DNA of 45,933 bases from a bacterium (GTDB lineage: Bacteria > Cyanobacteriota > Vampirovibrionia > Gastranaerophilales > Gastranaerophilaceae): assembly GCA_017633675.1 (NCBI GenBank), contig JAGBOW010000033.1:1-45933 (forward strand). Direction: 5' to 3'. Below the pieces are notes generated by a model. That model was not told the origin of the DNA, searched no databases, and saw only the letters and a program-made list of their open reading frames with translations. How positions within the stretch are numbered: the stretch's first letter is position 1; every line of letters starts with the position of its first letter. The position numbers and the translations under genes were made by a program. Below, piece by piece: positions 37,591-45,933 of the stretch.

Positions 37591-39417
37591 ATGGGCATGT
37601 CAGCTTCACAAGCAAGATTGTTAAGCATAACGTCAAGGTTATCGAACAATGAACTTCGCGCACAGAACATAACAAATGCCAAACTTCGGCTTGATACCAG
37701 AGCCGATGCTATTGGTAATGCGTATATTGAAGCATTAAATTCTCAACAATTAATGTTTGTGAATTATGATGACAACGGTGATGCTTTAAAGGTAAATTTA
37801 ACTCCTGCCGTTTTATACGATTATGCCCCGATGAAAAATCAATATATGCTTGTAAATCAGGCTAATAAATTTTTAATTTCTTATACCGATAAACAAAATT
37901 TTGAAAATACCGATGATTTAGCAGGATTTTTAGAATGTTATAATTTGGTATACGATTCAACGGAAGCATCAAATAAAGAAAAATATGCTGAATGGGAAGC
38001 TAATTGTGAAAAATTAAAAGAAGATTACGAAAAAGCCCATGAAGCATGGGAAGAAAAAGTTAAAAATTGGACAGGTACGACATATAACAATGATATATAT
38101 GATAAATTTGTTGATATCATTGGTACAAGTATAAACCCCAAAACAGACTGTTATACTCGAGCTTTAACAGGTGGATTGTGCTATTTACATGTATTAAACT
38201 TTATGCTTGATTATGACGGAATACGTGTAAAAAATGGTCAGGTGTATACTACAACTACGGGTGATACTTTCCAAACCTGTATGGGGGAAGGTGATATGGG
38301 TGTTCAAGTTTCTCCATACGCAGATAAACGCGCAGTCATGAAAGATTTATCAGATGCGATTAATGATCCGAATAATAAATGTGACCGTTCTGATAAATTT
38401 ACCCCATACTATCACAATCCTGAGGGTAATACAGACGTAAATGATGACAAATTAGAAATGGGTGATGCTGATAATATTATACAACAGGCAATTGATGCAG
38501 GACGTCCTCCTTCAAAATATGAACAATTAAAAAGTGATTATAAGTATGATACTTCAGACCCGTCAAATCCCAAAGCGGTTCTCAAAACACTAAAAGAAAA
38601 ATTGCAAGATTTATATTATTTAATACTCTGTTTTGGCGGTTATCAGGATCCTAGCATCATTGGCTTTGAACATGATGATCAGGTTCCATGCTATCCCGGT
38701 ATAGCCAGTGATTATAAAGAATTGCTAATAAACTTTACAGAGGGCGATTTGAAGATGAAAAGTCATACAGATCCACCGCCGGAACCGGAACTTACTTTGC
38801 CGGATCCTCCCGAACCGGTTGAAGGTATTACAATTCTCAGAGATCAGGAAAAATCTCAATGGTATGTAAACATGTGGCATGCCCTGAACGGCTCCGAAAC
38901 GTCAAATACCGTTGATCCGATAAATTTTGACAATGATATTGAATACATTCAGGATATTCCGAATGATGTAAGATCTGAATACCGTTTTATTGTCGAAAAC
39001 AAAACAAAAGATACCAAACAAACAAATTATGTATTGTTAGACCAAAATTTGTACGGCAGTGCGGAATGGCTTGAATTTGCGCTGAAACAAGGAGTTGTTT
39101 CAATGGTTCAGGCACAATATTACAATCCTGATGAGGACAGTAACAAAACCGACAATGCACGTGCTGACGGATTTAAGTGGAATTCAATAGTTTATTCAAG
39201 TGCAAGAGATATCGTTTCTCAAGATAATGCCGAAAAAATAGCCGTTGCAGAAGTTGCTTATGAAAACGAAATGACGGAAATTCAAGCTTTGGATAAAAAA
39301 TACAATCAGGATTTGAAAAAACTTGATGCCGAACATAACGCACTTGAAACGGAATATGATACTATAAAAGACGTAATTATGAAAAATACGGAAAGATCTT
39401 TTAAAGCGTTCAGTTAA
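37591..39417 (+). CDS. MGMSASQARLL-family protein, paralog 1 (coiled-coil ends, variable core)
   Basis: Start placed after the gaaagga RBS; ends DLKKLDAEHNALETEY...ERSFKAFS. Confidence 0.85.
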   Translation: MGMSASQARLLSITSRLSNNELRAQNITNAKLRLDTRADAIGNAYIEALNSQQLMFVNYDDNGDALKVNLTPAVLYDYAPMKNQYMLVNQANKFLISYTDKQNFENTDDLAGFLECYNLVYDSTEASNKEKYAEWEANCEKLKEDYEKAHEAWEEKVKNWTGTTYNNDIYDKFVDIIGTSINPKTDCYTRALTGGLCYLHVLNFMLDYDGIRVKNGQVYTTTTGDTFQTCMGEGDMGVQVSPYADKRAVMKDLSDAINDPNNKCDRSDKFTPYYHNPEGNTDVNDDKLEMGDADNIIQQAIDAGRPPSKYEQLKSDYKYDTSDPSNPKAVLKTLKEKLQDLYYLILCFGGYQDPSIIGFEHDDQVPCYPGIASDYKELLINFTEGDLKMKSHTDPPPEPELTLPDPPEPVEGITILRDQEKSQWYVNMWHALNGSETSNTVDPINFDNDIEYIQDIPNDVRSEYRFIVENKTKDTKQTNYVLLDQNLYGSAEWLEFALKQGVVSMVQAQYYNPDEDSNKTDNARADGFKWNSIVYSSARDIVSQDNAEKIAVAEVAYENEMTEIQALDKKYNQDLKKLDAEHNALETEYDTIKDVIMKNTERSFKAFS

Positions 39418-39470
39418 ATTGTTTTGAGAGATTCCAAAAACGGAACGGTTTGGGAAGTTAAATTATTATA

Positions 39471-39581
39471 AGTGAGTAGTGAATTGTGAGTTGTGAGTAG
39501 TCGTTATCGGTGCTTCGCACAAAAATATATTTGCACGAAGTGCCGATAAGAACCATTCACCACTCACCATTCACTACTCAC
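39471..39581. repeat. Palindromic element with heptamer arms, copy 2
   Basis: Near-identical to 37398-37502, with one extra heptamer unit. Confidence 0.85.
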
Positions 39582-39616
39582 CCCATTAACATTCCTTAAT
39601 AAAATTCTAAAATTAT

Positions 39617-39644
39617 TGAAGTTTAAACAAAATTATGCCGATAC
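39617..39644 (+). promoter_or_regulatory. Sigma28-like promoter, copy 2
   Basis: Identical to 37538-37565. Confidence 0.5.
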
Positions 39645-39669
39645 CTTATACAGAAAGGAATGTACCTTT

Positions 39670-41595
39670 ATGGGCATGTCAGCTTCACAAGCGAGATTAT
39701 TGAGCATAACATCAAGGTTATCAAATAATGAATTTCGCGCACAAACTATCACAAACTCAAAACTTCGGCTGGCCGATGAATCCGAAGCCGTCAGTGATGC
39801 TTATTTGGAAGCATTGGATTCTAAAGAACTGATGTATATGAATTATGATGATAAAGGTGAGAGTTCAAAAGTTAACCTTACTGCAGCAGCTTTGTATGAC
39901 TATGCCCCCATGAAAAATCAATATATGTTATTGGATTCTGCCAAAAAATATCTGATATCATATACAGATGCACAAAACTTTGAATATTCAAATGATTTAA
40001 CCGAATTTTTAACCTGTTATGATTTGGTATACGATTCCACAACGGCACTGAATGATCAAAAATATAAAGAATGGCAGGAACAATGTGACAGATTAACTGA
40101 AGAATATGAAAGAGCTCATAAACTCTGGGAAGAATTGACAGAAAGCTGGAGTGGTACAGTTGAAAATTTTGAAATTTACGAAAAATTCTATGATGTAGTC
40201 GGAGATAGCAGAAACCCTAAATCTTGTTATGGTGCAGGTTTGGGTGTATTAATAGCAAGCGGAAAGCCTGATGGTGCCTGTTATTTACATTTATTAAACC
40301 ATTTATTGGATTATGATGGTGAAGCATATATCTATGCTCCTTTGGATCCTTCCACAAAAATGCCTGATGCTTTCATTACATATACGACATCTTGCGGTGA
40401 TAACTTTACCCCTAAAGGTACGGCAGGAGGACTTGGTCATGATTTAACGCACGATGAAGAATCACGTGCAACATTAAAAAAACTATCAGACGATATTAAA
40501 AATGAAGATAATAAATGTGATTCGGCAGACGGATTCATACCCTGGTATGAAAATCCTGACCCCAGCCTGAGAACAGAATATAATGATGTTTTGACAAAAA
40601 GACTTACTGATAATATTTTACAGGAAGCTATTAACGGAAACAGAAAACCTTCAAAGTATGAAATATTAAAAAGTGATTTCGTTTATAAAGAGCCTGATAG
40701 TGAGCATCCTTATGGTAGCGTTATCGGAACCAAATCATTAAGACAAAAATTAATTGACCTGTATTATATAATTCTATGCAGCGGTGATGAACGTTTAAAA
40801 GATCCCAGAATGAGACCTCCCGGTGCTTATAGTTATGATGGCGGAGCTATAGTTGATGATGATCTTGATCCTGCAGTAATTCAGGAAGATATGTACGAAA
40901 TGCTCAGAAACTTTACCGAAGGTGACTTAAAAATGAGAGATAAAATTGAACCTCCGCCTGAACCTGAACTTACTTTACCTCCTCCTCCCGAACCGGTTGA
41001 AGGTATTGCGGTTCTCAGAGATCAGGAAAAATCTCAATGGTATGTAAATTTATGGCATGCCCTGAACGGTTCCGAAACATCAAATACTGTTGACCCGATT
41101 AACTTTGACAATGATATCGAATTTATTCAGGGAATTCCGAATGACGTAAGAACCGAATACCGTTTTATTGTCGAAAACAAAACAAAAGATACCAAACAAA
41201 CAAATTATAAGTTGTTAGATCAAAACCTTTATACCAGTCCGGAATGGCTTGAATTTGCGCTGGAACACGGCATTGTATCAATGCAGCAGGCTCAGTATTA
41301 CAATCCTGATGAAGACAGCAACAAAACCGATAACATAAATGCAGACGGTTTCAAATGGAATACAATTATCTATACAAGCGCAAGAGATATCGTTTCACAA
41401 AATGATGAAACAGCAATTGCAACAGCCGAAATTATCTATAAAAATTCACTTGCAAAAATTGAACACGAAGATAATAAACTGGATCAGGATTTGAAGAAAC
41501 TTGATGCCGAACATAATGCATTACAAACCGAATACGAATCAATAAAAAACAGTATATCAAAGAATGTCGAAAGATCGTTTAAAGCATTCAGCTAA
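39670..41595 (+). CDS. MGMSASQARLL-family protein, paralog 2
   Basis: Same N- and C-terminal blocks as paralog 1, with a diverged middle. Confidence 0.85.
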   Translation: MGMSASQARLLSITSRLSNNEFRAQTITNSKLRLADESEAVSDAYLEALDSKELMYMNYDDKGESSKVNLTAAALYDYAPMKNQYMLLDSAKKYLISYTDAQNFEYSNDLTEFLTCYDLVYDSTTALNDQKYKEWQEQCDRLTEEYERAHKLWEELTESWSGTVENFEIYEKFYDVVGDSRNPKSCYGAGLGVLIASGKPDGACYLHLLNHLLDYDGEAYIYAPLDPSTKMPDAFITYTTSCGDNFTPKGTAGGLGHDLTHDEESRATLKKLSDDIKNEDNKCDSADGFIPWYENPDPSLRTEYNDVLTKRLTDNILQEAINGNRKPSKYEILKSDFVYKEPDSEHPYGSVIGTKSLRQKLIDLYYIILCSGDERLKDPRMRPPGAYSYDGGAIVDDDLDPAVIQEDMYEMLRNFTEGDLKMRDKIEPPPEPELTLPPPPEPVEGIAVLRDQEKSQWYVNLWHALNGSETSNTVDPINFDNDIEFIQGIPNDVRTEYRFIVENKTKDTKQTNYKLLDQNLYTSPEWLEFALEHGIVSMQQAQYYNPDEDSNKTDNINADGFKWNTIIYTSARDIVSQNDETAIATAEIIYKNSLAKIEHEDNKLDQDLKKLDAEHNALQTEYESIKNSISKNVERSFKAFS

Positions 41596-41596
41596 A

Positions 41597-41746
41597 CTAA
41601 TATGAGTTATCATCTTCAATCCAGATAACTGTAATGTTTACCGGTTCGGCAAACGGGTTTTTCATACCAAAATACGGAGTTTTTGCTATATCATCATAAA
41701 ACTTTATTTTTTCGGATAATTTTTTTGTGTATTCAAACAAGTTCAT
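41597..41746 (-). CDS. Possible 49-aa small protein (not in the ORF track)
   Basis: Hand translation MNLFEYTKKLSEKIKFYDDIAKTPYFGMKNPFAEPVNITVIWIEDDNSY*; fills the intergenic gap; no clear RBS. Confidence 0.3.
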   Translation of the reverse strand: MNLFEYTKKLSEKIKFYDDIAKTPYFGMKNPFAEPVNITVIWIEDDNSY

Positions 41747-41825
41747 AATAATATTATGAAAACTTTTTTATCCTATATAATCCATAAAAATAACAATATT
41801 TCGAAAAAATAATAGCCCGATTCGG

Positions 41826-42572
41826 CTAATCTCTGTGCGTACCCGTTTGATATCCCGGAACACATAAAAACGCAGGGATTATTCTTTGAATAATTGATGC
41901 ACCTTTTGATTTTTCTGCCATCATTGAAACTGCCATACCGATATCATCAACGTGCGGAGCAAAATCTGTTGCTTTTACATTTCTATCTACTTTTTTGTGA
42001 TAGATTTTTTCATTTATAAAATTAGAAACTCTGTTTCCTGCGAAAATACCAATTGTTAAAGCACCAAGAGTTGCAATTGAAAAAGGTATTGCTCTCATTG
42101 ATTGGTTAAAATACTTTGAAAATTTACCCTTTTCTTTTAGCTGAGGAACAATTTTCATAATCGAATTTTTATTTTTCTTGTAAACCTCAGAAATACCCCA
42201 AACACAAGTAACAGGTACAATAACATTTCCCAAAAGCTGATTTAGGGCTTCTCTTAATTTTGATTTTCGGTATTTTTTATCATCAAAAACAAGTCCGCCT
42301 GCCAAACCGCCAGCAACAGAAGCTGTTGCAAGTTCTAAAATTTCTTTTCCTTCTAATACAACTTCTTTTTTTAGAGGATTTTTCTTGTCGTAAATACTAA
42401 ATATTGCCCAATCTTTTATTGGAGTTTTTTTGATAACTGAAGGGCTGAGTGAAAATCCCTGTTTCTTTGCAATATGCGCAAAAGCCCCCGCAACAGCCAC
42501 CGCAGTCGTTGCCGTTACACTTAATTTCATTCTTTTATCTTTGTCTTGTGCACCAATCGGGCTTATTGACAT
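41826..42572 (-). CDS. Lineage-specific multi-pass membrane protein
   Basis: ggag RBS; several hydrophobic helices. Confidence 0.75.
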   Translation of the reverse strand: MSISPIGAQDKDKRMKLSVTATTAVAVAGAFAHIAKKQGFSLSPSVIKKTPIKDWAIFSIYDKKNPLKKEVVLEGKEILELATASVAGGLAGGLVFDDKKYRKSKLREALNQLLGNVIVPVTCVWGISEVYKKNKNSIMKIVPQLKEKGKFSKYFNQSMRAIPFSIATLGALTIGIFAGNRVSNFINEKIYHKKVDRNVKATDFAPHVDDIGMAVSMMAEKSKGASIIQRIIPAFLCVPGYQTGTHRD

Positions 42573-42714
42573 TTTTTACACTCCACGTTTCAATTATACC
42601 AAAAACAGAAAATAAATTTTTTTGTTAGTATAAATACAAACTGTAACAAAATATTAAAAACCACTGGCAATAAAGCAAAAAAAAATCTTTACGAATATTT
42701 AAAGAATTGCAATT

Positions 42715-44286
42715 ATGGATATCCAAGTAAAACCCAATCAAACCCTAAAAGATTTTTCATACGGACGTAAATTCGTAAGAGGATTTGCGAGCCGTTCGAT
42801 TGCACCTGTCATGCTTTTAGAGGCCTTTGTAGAAGGCGGAAGAACTTATCAGGCGTATCAAAGGGGCGGGTTTACGGAAGCAAGAGAGCGTATTACGGAA
42901 GAATTTATCGGAGCTTTATTCTGGTTCAGCGGAGTGCCGTTGTTTAATTCTTTGATTGACAAATTTGTAGGTAAAAAAGTTTTCAAACTGCCTGAAACCG
43001 ACTTCGATACAGGGAAAGACAATTTGAGAAACCCCGTAAAAAACTATATCAGCCAATTCCAAACAAAATTAAAGAAAAATCCGAAACAGGCAGAAAAAAT
43101 GATTGCAGGTTATAAGTTCGGAAAAGTTATGACAAGTATTTTACTTGCAAACTGCCTTGTAGGTCTTGTTCTGCCAAAAGTTAATCAGGCTATTACGAAA
43201 CATTTGCTGAGAAAAAAAGCGGAAGAAAAACCTCAAAATAAAGCTGATGAACAAAATCAAGCGATTGAACAATACTCAATTGATAAATTTATCAACAAAG
43301 ACAAAGATAAACTCGCTTTCGGGTCAATAAATCCGCAAACATTAATGTCTTTAGCTTATAACTTTGAGAACAATCCGAAATACGGTTTAATTTCGACAGA
43401 TATGGGTGTATGGATAGGCAGAGGTGTGAGTGCAAGAAACAAATATGAAAGAAACGAAGTTTTATTCCGTGATATTTCATCAAGCTACTTCTACATGTTT
43501 AACATGCCTGTTATTGCAATGCTGTTGAACAGACTTGAGGACGGAAAATCTCACAGACTTGACCCTGTAACCGCAAAACAGGTTTCGGATCACATGAACG
43601 AAGTCTTAAAAGCACATGGCGGAACAATGACAACAGATAATTTCAGGGAATTTGTACTTGGAAATCCTGAAAACAAAGCCTTTTTAGTTCCTGAAATTTC
43701 AAAAGAATTGCGCACCGGAAAAGGTGTAATGGAACTGGATAAATTTATTGAACTTTTACCGCACGTAAAATCAAGATATAATTACGCAGATATTGAACAA
43801 ATCAAAAAATCAGCAAGAGGAATGGCAGAATTACAGCCGAAACTTGACGGCAAATTTGTAATTTCCGAAAAACAGATAATGGATTCATTTACGAACGGCG
43901 CAATCAACATGCCGGAATTCTTGAAAAACGTCTACAGATGTTCAACATCTGATCAAAACCTGTTTACGGGAAAAATCAGTGAAGCAAACTTCAACAAAGA
44001 CTTTTCATTCATCTCTCAGGATACATTCCTAAAAATGCAGAGAGAAATGGAAGGTTATGTCGAAACAATTGTCAAAAAAGCAAAAGACGGAAATATAACA
44101 AAAGATATTATAAGCAAAGTCTGCAAAGAAAACTACATTAAAAACTCAATTAATTGGGGAATCGGCTTTGCAATATCCGCAGCATTCTTATCGACATTTA
44201 TTCCAAAAATCCAATACTGGATGACAAGACACGCAACGGGCTCTAATGAATTCCCCGGAACTGCGGATTATTCGGAGAAAAATTAG
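42715..44286 (+). CDS. Lineage-specific membrane protein with an internal duplication
   Basis: GGRTYQA..EARERITEEFIGALFWF resembles IGRGVSA..ERNEVLFRDISSSYFYM; LVLPKVNQAITK resembles TFIPKIQYWMTR. Confidence 0.78.
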   Translation: MDIQVKPNQTLKDFSYGRKFVRGFASRSIAPVMLLEAFVEGGRTYQAYQRGGFTEARERITEEFIGALFWFSGVPLFNSLIDKFVGKKVFKLPETDFDTGKDNLRNPVKNYISQFQTKLKKNPKQAEKMIAGYKFGKVMTSILLANCLVGLVLPKVNQAITKHLLRKKAEEKPQNKADEQNQAIEQYSIDKFINKDKDKLAFGSINPQTLMSLAYNFENNPKYGLISTDMGVWIGRGVSARNKYERNEVLFRDISSSYFYMFNMPVIAMLLNRLEDGKSHRLDPVTAKQVSDHMNEVLKAHGGTMTTDNFREFVLGNPENKAFLVPEISKELRTGKGVMELDKFIELLPHVKSRYNYADIEQIKKSARGMAELQPKLDGKFVISEKQIMDSFTNGAINMPEFLKNVYRCSTSDQNLFTGKISEANFNKDFSFISQDTFLKMQREMEGYVETIVKKAKDGNITKDIISKVCKENYIKNSINWGIGFAISAAFLSTFIPKIQYWMTRHATGSNEFPGTADYSEKN

Positions 44287-45083
44287 TAATCCATTACCCA
44301 ACCGTTTTCCATTATACGTGCAGCACATCCTTCACCGGATACACCCAAAAAACCCAAATCATTCTTTGCATTGTGATGTATTAACATATTTGGTTTTCCG
44401 CAATAATAGTCAATATTACGCCAATAAAATATATTTCCATTGATTTGCGGAATATCACAAATTAAGGCGTCATCTATTCCATTGGACGGATATAATTTAC
44501 CATCCTCACCTATAGTAAAGTAAAATACATCCCTACCTATTAAGTTAGGTCCCTTTTTACCATTAATATCTATCATGCTAAAACCCAATCTTTTACAGAT
44601 ATGACCGCCGTTTTCTTTAATGGTTTTGCAATCATTAGGCGAAGCAAAGTCGCTAAAATAAAAATCAATCTGAGTACCATCGGGTAATTGATATATACCT
44701 CGATCTTTTGAAACCAATTTTTCTGATTTATCAAAAGTGTAAATATCATGTCCCAATACTCCGTATTCACCTTTAAAATATTTTTTCACGTGTTGTAATA
44801 TTGGTTGACAAATTTCCCCATTCTCTGTATAACTCGCACTACAAGATACATTTTTGTTACTACTCAAAGCACTAAAAACACTTACATTTGATAAGTCAAA
44901 CACCTCTTCATCTGCCATCATTTTTTGAAAACCTTGTTCAACAATAGAATAAGATTTTTTTAGCTGATTAACCCATACTTTTTTATTATACCTATCAATT
45001 AGTGTTGGCATGGTCAAAGCCGCAACAACACCTATTACGCCTAATGTGATTAAAACTTCTGCAAGTGTGAAACCTTTTTTCAA
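44283..45083 (-). CDS. Type IV pilin-like protein with a prepilin cleavage/methylation motif
   Basis: MKKG/FTLAEVLITLGVIGVVAALTMP; aggagg RBS. Confidence 0.9.
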   Translation of the reverse strand: MKKGFTLAEVLITLGVIGVVAALTMPTLIDRYNKKVWVNQLKKSYSIVEQGFQKMMADEEVFDLSNVSVFSALSSNKNVSCSASYTENGEICQPILQHVKKYFKGEYGVLGHDIYTFDKSEKLVSKDRGIYQLPDGTQIDFYFSDFASPNDCKTIKENGGHICKRLGFSMIDINGKKGPNLIGRDVFYFTIGEDGKLYPSNGIDDALICDIPQINGNIFYWRNIDYYCGKPNMLIHHNAKNDLGFLGVSGEGCAARIMENGWVMDY

Positions 45084-45168
45084 TTTATCCTCCTTACCTA
45101 TATATATTCATATTATTAGAATTATATATTTATAATCGAATATTGTCAAATATTATACAAATATATAT

Positions 45169-45399
45169 ATGAATATAGATATATCTAAACAAGAATTATT
45201 AAAGAAATTTGGTCTTAATGTTAAATTTGCAAGAATGAAAAAAGGCTTAACACAAGAACAACTTGCAGAAAAAATGGACATAAGTTGGACATATTTAGCC
45301 AAAATCGAAACGGGCAAAATAAACATGTCTTTAGGAAAAATCTTAGAGCTTTCAAAGACTCTCGAAGTCGATATTAACAAACTTTTATATATTGAATAA
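45169..45399 (+). CDS. XRE-family HTH transcriptional regulator
   Basis: LTQEQLAEKMDISWTYLAKIETGKINMSL. Confidence 0.9.
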   Translation: MNIDISKQELLKKFGLNVKFARMKKGLTQEQLAEKMDISWTYLAKIETGKINMSLGKILELSKTLEVDINKLLYIE

Positions 45400-45452
45400 T
45401 ACTTGTAAATTAATTTTGCCCATGACATAATTTTGGTATCGAAAGGCGTGTC

Positions 45453-45933
45453 ATGGCAAACACTTTAGTTTATTTATTAGACGGAAAAATTTACATAAAC
45501 CTCACTAACCGATGCACAAATGATTGTATTTTTTGTTTAAGAAATGACAAAGATGACGTCTGTGGTCAGACTCTCTGGCTTGATGATGAAAATTTTGGCG
45601 CAAATGAGGTAATTAACCAACTTAACGAACTACTCACCACTCACCACTCACCATTCACCGAAATTATTTTCTGCGGTTACGGCGAGCCGATGCTGAAACT
45701 TGATATACTGAAAGATGTTGCCAAATATATTAAAGAAAATTATCCGAATACAAAAATTCGTGTAAACACAAACGGACACGCAAATTATGTATATAAGAGA
45801 AATGTCGTTCCGGAATTAAAAGGTTTGGTTGATGAATTTTCGGTAAGCCTGAACGGTGAAAATAAACAGGAATATGATGAATATTCTCAGCCAAAATTTG
45901 ATGAAGCATATAATGAAATGAAAAAATTTATCA
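45453..45933 (+). CDS. TatD-associated-type radical SAM protein (3'-truncated; not in the ORF track)
   Basis: Hand translation MANTLVYLLDGKIYINLTNRCTNDCIFCLR...FCGYGEP...IRVNTNGH...SVSLN; CxxxCxxC motif. Confidence 0.88.
   Translation, partial: MANTLVYLLDGKIYINLTNRCTNDCIFCLRNDKDDVCGQTLWLDDENFGANEVINQLNELLTTHHSPFTEIIFCGYGEPMLKLDILKDVAKYIKENYPNTKIRVNTNGHANYVYKRNVVPELKGLVDEFSVSLNGENKQEYDEYSQPKFDEAYNEMKKFI
45630..45659 (+). repeat. (CCACTCA)n heptamer repeat in a CDS
   Basis: ctactcaccactcaccactcaccattcacc, encoding LLTTHHSPFT. Confidence 0.8.

Noticed and set aside
37591-41595. Diversity-generating retroelement explanation for the paralog similarity
   Set aside because: No reverse transcriptase in the window, and the differences are not confined to adenines.

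Overview
AT-rich bacterial chromosomal segment read in genetic code 11, most likely from a non-photosynthetic cyanobacterial relative (Melainabacteria/Gastranaerophilales-like). This assignment is an inference from the cyanobacterial-type NusB insertion, the expanded pilin-like genes, the heptamer repeats and the MGMSASQARLL protein family. The backbone is housekeeping: tRNA-Ala, mrnC, hpf, tRNA-Leu, pnuC, a dicarboxylate symporter, ileS (one in-frame TAA), a degenerate purH, recO, pilT, trxB, rsmA, gshA, engB, nusB, ftsY, cysS and a radical SAM gene. Unusual elements: (1) a DUF559 endonuclease domain bounded by ~55-bp palindromic inverted repeats and inserted in frame in an MpaA-like carboxypeptidase; (2) a tandem pair of ~600-aa proteins with conserved coiled-coil ends and a variable core, each behind a sigma28-like promoter, with a duplicated cysS 3' end at the junction; (3) heptamer-repeat palindromes translated inside several proteins; (4) a candidate type I toxin-antitoxin locus missed by the ORF track; (5) a decayed tRNA-Leu island carrying an ADP-ribosyltransferase; (6) repeated cassettes of a small regulator plus a divergent ORF; (7) lineage-specific genes sharing an N-terminal motif and an upstream DNA motif. 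All calls come from reading the sequence by eye; no searches were run.
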